A DNA stretch of 64,000 nt from Bacteroidales bacterium. GTDB taxonomy: Bacteria; Bacteroidota; Bacteroidia; Bacteroidales; JAADJA01. Position numbers and translations under genes: made by a program. Below are positions 1 to 8,609 of this stretch, one piece after another. Within the stretch, counting starts at the first letter, position 1. The number at the start of each line of letters is the position of its first letter. Where the stretch lies: positions 41,833 to 105,832 of the forward strand of contig JAWKKM010000018.1 in the NCBI GenBank assembly GCA_041393255.1, in the 5' to 3' direction. Below the pieces are notes generated by a model. That model was not told where the DNA came from. It worked only from the letters and a program-made list of their open reading frames with translations, and searched no databases.

Positions 1-2391
1 GCAATGGTTATTGGAAAAATAACAACACCCATTCAATTGGGTGGAGCAGTAGCACTGCCTCAAACTTAAAAATTGAATATAGTATTGATAAAGGGTTAAA
101 TTGGAGTACCATTACATCGTCAACACCAAATGATGGCAGTTTTGATTGGTTGGTACCCGGTGTAGAATCTGACAGTGCAATGATAAAAATTACGGATTTG
201 GTCAATCCGTCAATCATGGATACAGTCTCATTCAGAATAGGAACAACCACTCACATCACTGACCTTGAGGCTTATCTATGGCCTACTGGACATTAGCTGA
301 ATCACCATACATCATAGAGGGGAAGCTATTCTTCCTGCAGACTCCACCTTGATAATTGAACCGGGAGTAGAGGTACGATTTAAAACAGGAACTGATTTTA
401 ACTATGATGGTGGTGTTGACTGCGGTTTTATGAGGGTAAATGGCAAACTATTGGCCCGGGGTACAGCCTCCCAGATGATCACCTTTACACGAGATGGAAA
501 TGCTGGTAACTGGGGTGTAATCTATTTTGAGGAAGCCAATGATTCAAGTATTATTTCTTTTGCCAATGTGCAATACGCTAATAAAATTGACAATTTAATT
601 CCATATCATATATATAATGATTGTCTAGGTGCCATTACTTTGTACCAAACTAATGGAAGTATTGTAAATAGCATTGTTTCTGAAAATATTATGCATGGTG
701 TTCAATGCAAAACTGAATCTCCATTTGTTGACAATAGTTCACCAAATGTAATAGGTAATTTAATTTTTAATAACGCGGTTGGAATATCAATCTGGAATTC
801 TTCACCTGTTATAGTTAATAATACAATCGCTAGTAACTCTGAGTATGGCATATACACACACATGAGAAATTTAAATATATGGTTTTACAATAATATTATT
901 TATGATAATGACCAATTCTACTATATATATACTGGAGGACATACACAGAATTTACAGTTTATGAATAATAGTTTGCAAGGTTCTAGTATAAATCTACCTA
1001 GTCAAATAATTCTTCTTGGTGATAATGTTTTTAATACAAATCCTCTATTTGTTGATCTTGATAACTTCAATTTTCAATTGAACCACAATTCACATTGCAT
1101 CAATACCGGGACCCCAGACACTACAGGACTTGGATTACCTGATCTTGATTTGGAAGGTAATTCGAGGATAACCTATAATCAAATAGACATTGGAGCCTAT
1201 GAGTTTAATGGTAGTGACTTTTTATATATCACCGCTCCTTCACCTAATGGTTATTGGAAAAATAACAACACCCATTCAATTGGGTGGAGCAGTAGCACTG
1301 CCTCAAACTTAAAAATTGAATATAGTATTGATAAAGGGTTAAATTGGAGTACCATTACATCATCAACACCAAATGATGGCAGTTTTGATTGGTTGGTACC
1401 CGGTGTAGAATCTGACAGTGCAATGATAAAAATTACGGATTTGGTCAATCCGTCAATCATGGATACAGTCTCATTCAGAATAGGAACAACCACTCACATC
1501 ACTGACCTTGAGCTTATCTATGGCACCTGGACATTAGCTGAATCACCATACATCATAGAGGGGGAAGCTATTCTTCCTGCAGACTCCACCTTGATAATTG
1601 AACCGGGAGTAGAGGTACGATTTAAAACAGGAACTGATTTTAACTATGATGGTGGTGTTGACTGCGGTTTTATGAGGGTAAATGGCAAACTATTGGCCCA
1701 GGGTACAGCCTCCCAGATGATCACCTTTACACGAGATGGAAATGCTGGTAACTGGGGTGTAATCTATTTTGAGGAAGCCAATGATTCAAGTATTATTTCA
1801 TTTGCCAATGTGCAATTTGCAAATAAACTGGAAAATATTTTTCCATCTGGTTATTATAATGACTGCTTTGGAGCGATTACTTTTTATAAGAATAGCGCAA
1901 GTGTTGAAAATTCAATAATATGCAATAACTTAAATGATGGTGTTCATATTGATGATTATGATGTCGACTATCAAAACAAAATAAAAGGAAACTTACTTCA
2001 TAATAATAAAAATGGAATATCTGTTTGGTTTGCTTCACCTTTGATTACCAATAATACAATTGTCTATAACACTGAGTATGCTTTTTATAGTCGTTTCTGG
2101 GCGGCTCCATTTATACGCAATACAATAACATGGGACAATGCTGATTTCATATACATTAGTACAGGAGGTCATACTCAAGTTAATACTTTTGAGTATTGCC
2201 TAATTCAGGTAAATGAATCTAGCCTGCCAACACAAGTCGTCAATTCAGAAGGTAACGTTTTTATGATCAACCCATTGTTCGAAAATCCTACAAATGATGA
2301 TTTTAGTATAAACTACACCTCCCCCTGCCGCAATGCAGGCACACCAGATACAACCGGATTAAACCTTCCCATGTACGACCTTGCCAGGTAA
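1..2391 (+). CDS. Right-handed parallel beta-helix (PbH1) repeat surface protein, 5'-partial, at least two ~414-aa modules; frame broken at ~270-345
   Basis: ORF 349..2391 (680 aa). An upstream fragment starting at nt 3 in another frame translates to the same NGYWKNNNTHSIGWSS...HITDLE text as the second module. Repeated NN(T/A)I..N..YG(I/F)Y turns, an Asp-box-like SIDKGLNW, and DL(E/A)GN.RI..IDxGAYE motifs typical of beta-helix proteins. Confidence 0.7.
3..574. repeat. Intragenic direct repeat, copy 1 (near-identical to 1246..1816)
   Basis: Aligned by eye. Same sequence as 1246..1816 apart from a few substitutions (e.g. nt 118 g/a) and three 1-nt indels clustered at ~271-330. Period ~1243 nt. 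The window edge truncates the left end. Confidence 0.9.
1246..1816. repeat. Intragenic direct repeat, copy 2
   Basis: See copy 1. Beyond ~1816 (versus ~574) the two modules stay similar only at protein level. Confidence 0.9.
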
Positions 2392-2414
2392 CAACCGTAT
2401 CCTGGCAGATACCA

Positions 2415-4800
2415 TTGATATGGGTGCCTATGAAGCCTTATTCCATTGAAAGTGGTTTGGTAGGCCATTATCCATTCAATGGCAACGCCAATGATGAAAG
2501 CGGTCTTGGCAACCATGGGGTAGTAAGCGGGGCAAGCCTGATTACGGACCGCTTTGGATACACCGATGCTGCCTACCAATTTGATGGAATTGATGATATC
2601 ATTACCATAACAGATGATCCAAGTTTAAATTCACCCGAGTTTACCGTCTCAGCATGGTTTTATCAGGAAGGAGAAGGAGGTTATCCAAGGATTGTGGATA
2701 AATTTAAATATTTATCAGAAGAAGGCTATGGCCTCGTGCTTAATGATGCCAACGACCAGCTTCGGGCAGAGCTGTATGACAATACAGGTACACACCAAAC
2801 CATTGAATCAGGCAGCAGTATACCTTCCAATTCGTGGGTCCATGGTGCCTGCACCTTTGATGGGGAAATACTTTCGGTTTATGTGGACGGCATGCTGGCT
2901 GATCAATTAGCTGTAAATACTCCCCTGCAACAAAGCAGCAAGGATATCACCATTGGCAATGGAAACGATGAAACCCAGGATCATCCATTTACCGGAATCA
3001 TTGATGATGTACGTATCTACAATCGTTCATTAATTGAAGAGGAAGTTTACGCTATGTATAATAGCTGTACCTTTAAACTTAACCTGCCTGATACCATCAT
3101 GACCTGCCACGAGGATTCGGTTTTATTGGAACCCGGTGCAGGATTTGTGAGGTACCTCTGGAGCACCGGCGATACCACATCAACTTTGTATGCAAGAGAA
3201 ACCGGCACTTATTATGTGGATGTGACGGATAGTAATGGTTGTACCGCAACTGATTCAACTTATATAAATCTGATTAACGTTTTTATTGAGCAGGAGGATT
3301 TGGACATTGTGTATGGGGATAGTGTTACATTAACACTTGGCTCAAGTTCATTTATTGAGGATGGATTGGTTGGCTATTGGCCATTGAATGGGAATGCAGA
3401 TGATGAAAGTATAGTCGGAAATCATGGAGTAGTAAATGGAAGTATACTTGCAACCGATAGATTTGGAAATGGTAATAGCTGCTATTATTTTGATGGTCAA
3501 AATGATTACATTGAAATACCAAGCAATATAAAAGATTTAGGTGTTTCCAATGAATACACAATTTCTTTTTGGGTTTATTGTGAGAGCGGTTCGGGACATT
3601 TTATGCTTCTTGAAGATGAATCACAATATTACAATGGAGGCAGTTACTTCGGATTAAAACCTCAGGATAATCAGGTTTCTTTCCAGATAACAACGAGCAC
3701 TGGAAGAACAGCAAACGACAACATTGATGTCCCTGCTTTTGCAGGTTCATGGAGTTTTCTTCTCTATCGTTTACACTGGCAGTCAGATTGAACTTAAAAT
3801 GAACTTAAATACTGTTTATTCATTTGCAAAAACAGGAAACATCTCAAATGGAAATAGAAACCTTCGAATTGGATATCCAACAGGAGAACAGTATTTTAAT
3901 GGTTATTTTGATGAATTAATGATTTATAACCGTGCCTTAAACAACAATGAGTTGGAGTTTATATATTATGATTTGCTCGGAAATTATTCATATTTATGGT
4001 CTACCGGCGACACAACCACCTCAATCACAGTTTCACCAGAACAATCCACAACATATACAGTTGAAATATCGGATGGTGTTAACTGGTGTACAGATACTGT
4101 TCATGTTCGGGTGCTTCATGAAATTGAAGTGGACATGAAAGTATACCTTCAAGGTCCTTACCTCGGAACGGGTATGATTCAATTCCTGAACTTGTTTGGA
4201 TTTATTCCAAAAGAACAACCATACAGTGGTTCACCCTGGAACTATTCAGGTATTGACACAGTTTCACAAATACCGAATACTGACATTATCGATTGGGTAC
4301 TTGTAGAATTAAGAAATTCAACTGATGGCCTATATGGTGCAACAGAAAATATGCGTGCAAGTAGAAAAGCAGCTTTTATGAATAAGAACGGGTTTATAGT
4401 CGATACATCTGGAAACAATTATTTGAAAATGTTGGTTGAGGATACAACACTCCTTTACCCAATGATTTACCACCGCAATCACCTGCCAATTTTTTCATCA
4501 AGTGAATTTATCCTAGTAAACGGTGTTTATACCTACGATTTCACAACAGGGCCGGAAAAAGTTTACGGAGGAGCAACAACATGTACCGAATTAAGTCCTG
4601 GTGTATGGGGAATGATTGGTGGCAATGCCCTACCCGATAACCAGATTGATAACCTGGATAAAAACGAAGCATGGCTACTTGAAATGGGAAGCAATGGATA
4701 CTACAATGGAGACCTAAATATGAATGGGACTGTTGAAAATACGGATAAACAAAACATTTGGGCACCAAATGCAGGAAAAGGAAGTAAGGTTCCGGAATAA
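2415..4800 (+). CDS. LamG / concanavalin A-like lectin domain repeat protein (ORFs 2415..3791 and 3724..4800 joined by a 1-nt shift)
   Basis: LVG(H/Y)(Y/W)P(F/L)NGNA(N/D)DES..GNHGVV.G....DRFG......FDG.(D/N)D.I occurs twice (aa from 2460 and 3360), the typical LamG_3 N-terminus. YLWSTGDTT(S/T) repeat occurs at ~3160 and ~3995. The two ORFs join if the T4 run at 3755-3758 is read as T3 (..GSWSFFSIVYTGSQIEL..). Probably continuous with the preceding beta-helix ORF (see findings). Confidence 0.7.
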
Positions 4801-4865
4801 TAAATTATATTAAAGAAACATCTTCGCAAATAATCGTCTTAATTGAAGGACAAGATTCCAGATTG

Positions 4866-4894
4866 CAACCCCGCATATTGCGGGGTTGTTTTTT
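4866..4894 (+). terminator. Rho-independent terminator
   Basis: Perfect 10-bp stem caaccccgca/tgcggggttg with a 3-nt loop, followed by T6. Lies 66 nt after the stop at 4800. Confidence 0.8.
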
Positions 4895-4982
4895 CGTACA
4901 AAAAACATGGTCATTTTGAAAGCTTGCTATTAAGAAAGGCAAATTTCATTAATTAATTTGCATTCAGAATAACAATTGATAT

Positions 4983-4990
4983 TACCTTTG
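4983..4990 (+). promoter_or_regulatory. Bacteroidota -7 promoter box (TAnnTTTG)
   Basis: tacctttg, 20 nt upstream of the ATG at 5010. Matches the TAnnTTTG consensus of Bacteroidota primary-sigma promoters. Confidence 0.45.
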
Positions 4991-5009
4991 CAAAAAATCA
5001 AACGAACTA

Positions 5010-6257
5010 ATGGACCGAAAAGCATTGCTGGAAGTGATATACGACCAGAAAAACATGCGCTGGAGCAGCGATTATTTATCGCGTGCAGCGTCTTTAAATT
5101 TAACAACCGGTAATCAAATAGAAGTGATATCCGGAATCAGGAGAAGCGGAAAATCAACCGTACTGAATGAAATACGCTTCATGAATGAGGAAAAGGATTA
5201 TTACATGAATTTTGACGATGACCGCTTGCTCCATTTCAAAGTTGATGATTTTCAGTTGTTGTACGAGCTTTTCATTGAGCTTTTTGGGGAGCAAAAAACC
5301 TTCTATTTCGATGAAATACAAAACATCGAAGGCTGGGAGCGTTTTGTCAGAAGGCTGCATGATTACGGCAATAAAATATACATCACCGGATCCAATGCAA
5401 GGCTGCTGAGTTATGAACTGGGAACCCATCTCACAGGTAGGTATACCGCCAATGAGTTGTTCCCGTTTTCATTTCACGAATATCTGAAAACCAACAAAAT
5501 AACTGTTAGCGAAGATATTATTTTCACTACGGCAGGCAAGGCAACATTGAAAAAGCATTTTTTTGAATACATGGCAAACGGAGGCTTCCCTGAGTATTTG
5601 AAAAATAAAAGCACAGAATATTTAAAATCGCTTTACGAGAGCATTCTGTATCGAGATGTACTGGTACGCAATAAGCTGGTCAGCGAAAATGAGATGCGGG
5701 AGCTGGTTTTCTTCCTGTCGAGCAACCTGGCCAGGCCGGTGACCTTTAACAGTCTCTCAAAATCGATCGGGGTGAAGAATGCCAGCACGGTTAAAAATTA
5801 TCTTCAATTTTTAGAAAATTCTTATCTCATTTTTCAGATTGGTAAATTTGATTACTCGGTCAGAAAGCAAATGTTCAATCCGAAGAAAGTCTATTTCATA
5901 GATAATGCGCTTGTTTCGCGCATGGGTTTTCATTTTTCGGAAGATAAAGGAAGGTTTTTAGAAAACATGGTTTTTTTAGAGCTGAAGCGAAGAGGATTTG
6001 AAGTTTTCTATCATAAGGGACAAAAAGAATGTGATTTTATTTTAAGGGAAGGCAAAAAAATAACATCTGCCATCCAGGTTTCCGTTTCGTTGAATGATAC
6101 AAAAACAAGAGAGAGGGAAATTACGGGAGTAAGGGAAGCTATGGACGCTTACCAGTTAACTGCTGGATTAATTTTAACAGAAGATGGCGAGGAAACAATA
6201 ACAACAAATAATGGAACCGTTGATGTCCTGCCGGTTTGGAAATGGTTGTTGACGTAA
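5010..6257 (+). CDS. AAA+ ATPase (AAA_14 N-terminal domain plus DUF4143 C-terminal domain family)
   Basis: Intact 415-aa ORF. Walker A GIRRSGKST, Walker B-like FYFDEIQ, and a C-terminal ..KVYFIDN(A/G)L.. segment characteristic of the ATP-binding DUF4143 family. Confidence 0.8.
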   Translation: MDRKALLEVIYDQKNMRWSSDYLSRAASLNLTTGNQIEVISGIRRSGKSTVLNEIRFMNEEKDYYMNFDDDRLLHFKVDDFQLLYELFIELFGEQKTFYFDEIQNIEGWERFVRRLHDYGNKIYITGSNARLLSYELGTHLTGRYTANELFPFSFHEYLKTNKITVSEDIIFTTAGKATLKKHFFEYMANGGFPEYLKNKSTEYLKSLYESILYRDVLVRNKLVSENEMRELVFFLSSNLARPVTFNSLSKSIGVKNASTVKNYLQFLENSYLIFQIGKFDYSVRKQMFNPKKVYFIDNALVSRMGFHFSEDKGRFLENMVFLELKRRGFEVFYHKGQKECDFILREGKKITSAIQVSVSLNDTKTREREITGVREAMDAYQLTAGLILTEDGEETITTNNGTVDVLPVWKWLLT

Positions 6258-6633
6258 ATGTTGCCTATCAAAGAAAAGTCCATCACTGATTGTCAGCGAC
6301 GGGTATTATAGCCTGATCATCCATCAATTTTTCACTTTTGTATTGCCAGGATAAAATGGGTTAAGTATAAGGCTGCCTTATTATCCCCTTTTAGTCCTTT
6401 CTATTTTTTTTAATTATTTCGAAATATAATTGGCTTACATAGTCGATTAAATTGCGTCAGATTCAACAAAGAAAAATCATAAATTTCTAACTGATTCCGA
6501 GCTCAATTGGAGGGATTACAGGGGTTTTATTCTCCACTTTTTTGTTGATAATAAAAATATTTTATCACTAATAATCCGCTGCTCTGAGTCGGGGTCGTTC
6601 AATTTTTATTCCGGCAGGATCGATTTTTCTTAA

Positions 6634-6663
6634 CCATGACATTTTAGAGAGGTGCTGTATTCA
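6634..6663 (+). promoter_or_regulatory. Promoter-like motif copy a (ccATGACAtttt-N12-TATTCA)
   Basis: ATGACA at 6636-6641, 16-nt spacer, TATTCA at 6658-6663. One of four copies of the same motif. Confidence 0.45.
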
Positions 6664-6688
6664 TTCATAAAATTAACAATACAGCACA

Positions 6689-6841
6689 ATGGAAAACATC
6701 ATCAACATCCTGATAAATTTCGCCTCACAAACAGCAATCTTAAATTTAGCCAATAAACTGAGTTTTGTCTATTCAAGCGTTTTACTAAAAGTGATGAACA
6801 ATCAACAGGCTGCATTTCAAATACTGGATGTTTTTTTATAA
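6689..6841 (+). CDS. Hypothetical small protein (50 aa)
   Basis: ATG 25 nt after motif a. ORF MENIINILINFASQTAILNL...DVFL translated by hand (below the ORF-track cutoff). No homology evidence. Confidence 0.2.
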   Translation: MENIINILINFASQTAILNLANKLSFVYSSVLLKVMNNQQAAFQILDVFL

Positions 6842-6859
6842 AAAAATAATTTTATCAAA

Positions 6860-6889
6860 CTATGACATTTTCAAGTACCAGGGTATAAA
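6860..6889 (+). promoter_or_regulatory. Promoter-like motif copy b (ctATGACAtttt-N12-TATAAA)
   Basis: ATGACA at 6862-6867, 16-nt spacer, TATAAA at 6884-6889. Confidence 0.5.
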
Positions 6890-6915
6890 TAGAAAAACGA
6901 CAAAACAACAATAAT

Positions 6916-7083
6916 ATGAAAACAACAGAGATACAATCGATTCCGGCAATGGGTTTTAAAAAGAGACATTTTTTCCTGATCATGGGGATTATTGCTATCA
7001 TTCTTTTACAATCATGCGAAAATTTTCATAAAAAACAACAGGTATATTCGAATGATTTCCAATTGACATTATGCAATGCGTGA
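6916..7083 (+). CDS. Hypothetical small lipoprotein (55 aa)
   Basis: Hand translation MKTTEIQSIPAMGFKKRHFFLIMGIIAIILLQSCENFHKK... has a hydrophobic segment ending in lipobox-like LLQSC. Preceded by motif b and followed by the terminator at 7153. Confidence 0.4.
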   Translation: MKTTEIQSIPAMGFKKRHFFLIMGIIAIILLQSCENFHKKQQVYSNDFQLTLCNA

Positions 7084-7152
7084 CCAGATTATTGCCATGA
7101 AAAAATATTAAGCACAGGAAAAGAAGAAAATAAACCAGAATTTTTGTGCCCG

Positions 7153-7183
7153 GGAGACGCTTATTATGAGCGTCTCTTTTTTT
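7153..7183 (+). terminator. Rho-independent terminator
   Basis: 8-bp stem gagacgct/agcgtctc, 7-nt loop, T8 run at 7176-7183. Confidence 0.75.
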
Positions 7184-7241
7184 TGAAAGTAAACATAACC
7201 ATATCAGCATTTCAATAATTAAATAATAAAAATCAATTACA

Positions 7242-7271
7242 CCATGACATTTTCATTCTCATGGGTATTTA
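7242..7271 (+). promoter_or_regulatory. Promoter-like motif copy c (ccATGACAtttt-N12-TATTTA)
   Basis: ATGACA at 7244-7249, 16-nt spacer, TATTTA at 7266-7271. Confidence 0.5.
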
Positions 7272-7306
7272 TTCCTGAAAAATGTTTAACGTAAAAATCT
7301 TATATT

Positions 7307-7933
7307 ATGAAAACAAAAGTACAATTATCCGTAATTGCCATTTTAATAGCAATGCAAGCCATTTCGCAATCTGACCTGAAAAATTACAGTGGAACAGCCA
7401 AAGTTCATTACAATGATGGAAGGGTTTCTAAGGTAAATCTCAAAACCATTAATGATTCTCTTTACTACACCCAACTTGACGCTTATGGCTGGCAAAGACA
7501 AATTTCAATTGATATTCGAAAGGTTGAAAAAATAGAAATTCCGAAGTTCAACCCTACTTCCTTTTTCATTGGTGGTGCGGCAGGCGCGGCAGTAGGAGTT
7601 GCTACAATATTAATTGTTGAGTCAAATTATGAAAGAACCAGACAGGGGTCTCCTCCTGATGAGATTCCATGGCATTGCGATGGATATGAGTCAGTTAATG
7701 AGTATGATAACGGGAATCTTGTTAAGAGTGAATATAAAATGACAATGGCCTTTGCACCAAAGTTCTTAATGTTTGCAGGTTCTACAGGGCTCGGGCTACT
7801 TATTGGTAGTGCTATAAAAAAATGGGTGCCATTTTACCCAATTGATGATAAAACTAAAATTGGATTTAAATGCGGAGTGGGTGTTAATAGATATACCGGA
7901 AATATGGAAATCCAACTATCTTATAATTTTTAA
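7307..7933 (+). CDS. Hypothetical secreted/membrane protein (208 aa)
   Basis: Intact ORF with an N-terminal signal peptide (MKTKVQLSVIAILIAMQAISQS) and two Gly/Ala-rich hydrophobic segments. Flanked by motif c and the terminator at 7971. Confidence 0.6.
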   Translation: MKTKVQLSVIAILIAMQAISQSDLKNYSGTAKVHYNDGRVSKVNLKTINDSLYYTQLDAYGWQRQISIDIRKVEKIEIPKFNPTSFFIGGAAGAAVGVATILIVESNYERTRQGSPPDEIPWHCDGYESVNEYDNGNLVKSEYKMTMAFAPKFLMFAGSTGLGLLIGSAIKKWVPFYPIDDKTKIGFKCGVGVNRYTGNMEIQLSYNF

Positions 7934-7970
7934 AATGAAAAGTGTCCATCCAGGCCTATAATTTCCAAAA

Positions 7971-7999
7971 AACCGGAGGCTTTTAGCTTCCGGTTTTTT
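7971..7999 (+). terminator. Rho-independent terminator
   Basis: 10-bp stem aaccggaggc/gcttccggtt (one G-U pair) followed by T6. Confidence 0.75.
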
Positions 8000-8016
8000 A
8001 CTTTTTTCATAACTGA

Positions 8017-8046
8017 CCATGACATTTTAATATTAGCCGGTATTTA
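8017..8046 (+). promoter_or_regulatory. Promoter-like motif copy d (ccATGACAtttt-N12-TATTTA)
   Basis: ATGACA at 8019-8024, 16-nt spacer, TATTTA at 8041-8046. Confidence 0.5.
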
Positions 8047-8079
8047 TAATTATTAATGTTTAACCTAAATTTTAATACG

Positions 8080-8532
8080 ATGAAAAATTTAAAAATCAAA
8101 ACAGTAGGTCTATTATTAATTTCAATTATGGTAATGATTTTTACTGGTTGCAGTAAAGATGACGACAACAATGTACAACCAAATGAAGCTTCACCTGATT
8201 TGAAATTCATTGGAAGCTGGAGCGGTACAACAAGTCAGAATAAATCAATTAGCTTTTCGATAGAAAATATTGATGGAAAAGCAATAGTGACTTCTTACAC
8301 ACTACAGGCACATGTTTCAGGAGGTGGCTGGAGTGCATCAGAGACAAAATGGGGAACAATAAATGCCCAGGTTTCAAATGGTAGCTTTTCATATGCCTCA
8401 GGGAGCATTGAATTATCCGGAGTGTTTTCCGGATCAGGTAGTGTTTCCGGCAAATTTAAAACTATTTCACAAGGACCTCCAGGTTATGGGGATGGAACTG
8501 CTTCAGGTTCCTATACGGCTGATAATCTCTAA
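8080..8532 (+). CDS. Hypothetical lipoprotein (150 aa from the internal ATG; ORF track starts at 8056)
   Basis: MKNLKIKTVGLLLISIMVMIFTGCSKDDD is a signal peptide with a lipobox Cys. The mature part is Gly/Ser-rich. Confidence 0.6.
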   Translation: MKNLKIKTVGLLLISIMVMIFTGCSKDDDNNVQPNEASPDLKFIGSWSGTTSQNKSISFSIENIDGKAIVTSYTLQAHVSGGGWSASETKWGTINAQVSNGSFSYASGSIELSGVFSGSGSVSGKFKTISQGPPGYGDGTASGSYTADNL

Positions 8533-8588
8533 TCAATATTATTCCTCGCAAAGAAAATTGTTATTTGAGAATATTCAGAGTAGTAAAA

Positions 8589-8609
8589 AGGCGTTATTTT
8601 CTAACGCCT
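8589..8609. terminator. Possible bidirectional terminator hairpin between convergent genes
   Basis: 8-bp stem aggcgtta/taacgcct flanked by A4 upstream and TTT downstream. Overlaps the last codons of the minus-strand CHAT gene. Confidence 0.35.

Noticed and set aside
8-1493. Two identical 80-aa antisense ORFs (8..250 and 1251..1493, minus strand).
   Set aside because: They are simply the antisense of the duplicated sense-strand repeat. They carry no signal, motif or start context, and the sense frame has strong beta-helix/Asp-box content.
3-1816. Possibility that the near-identical 570-nt pair is a DGR template/variable repeat pair.
   Set aside because: The differences are a few mixed substitutions plus indels and are not adenine-specific. 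No reverse transcriptase gene is present in the window, and both copies lie inside one modular gene.
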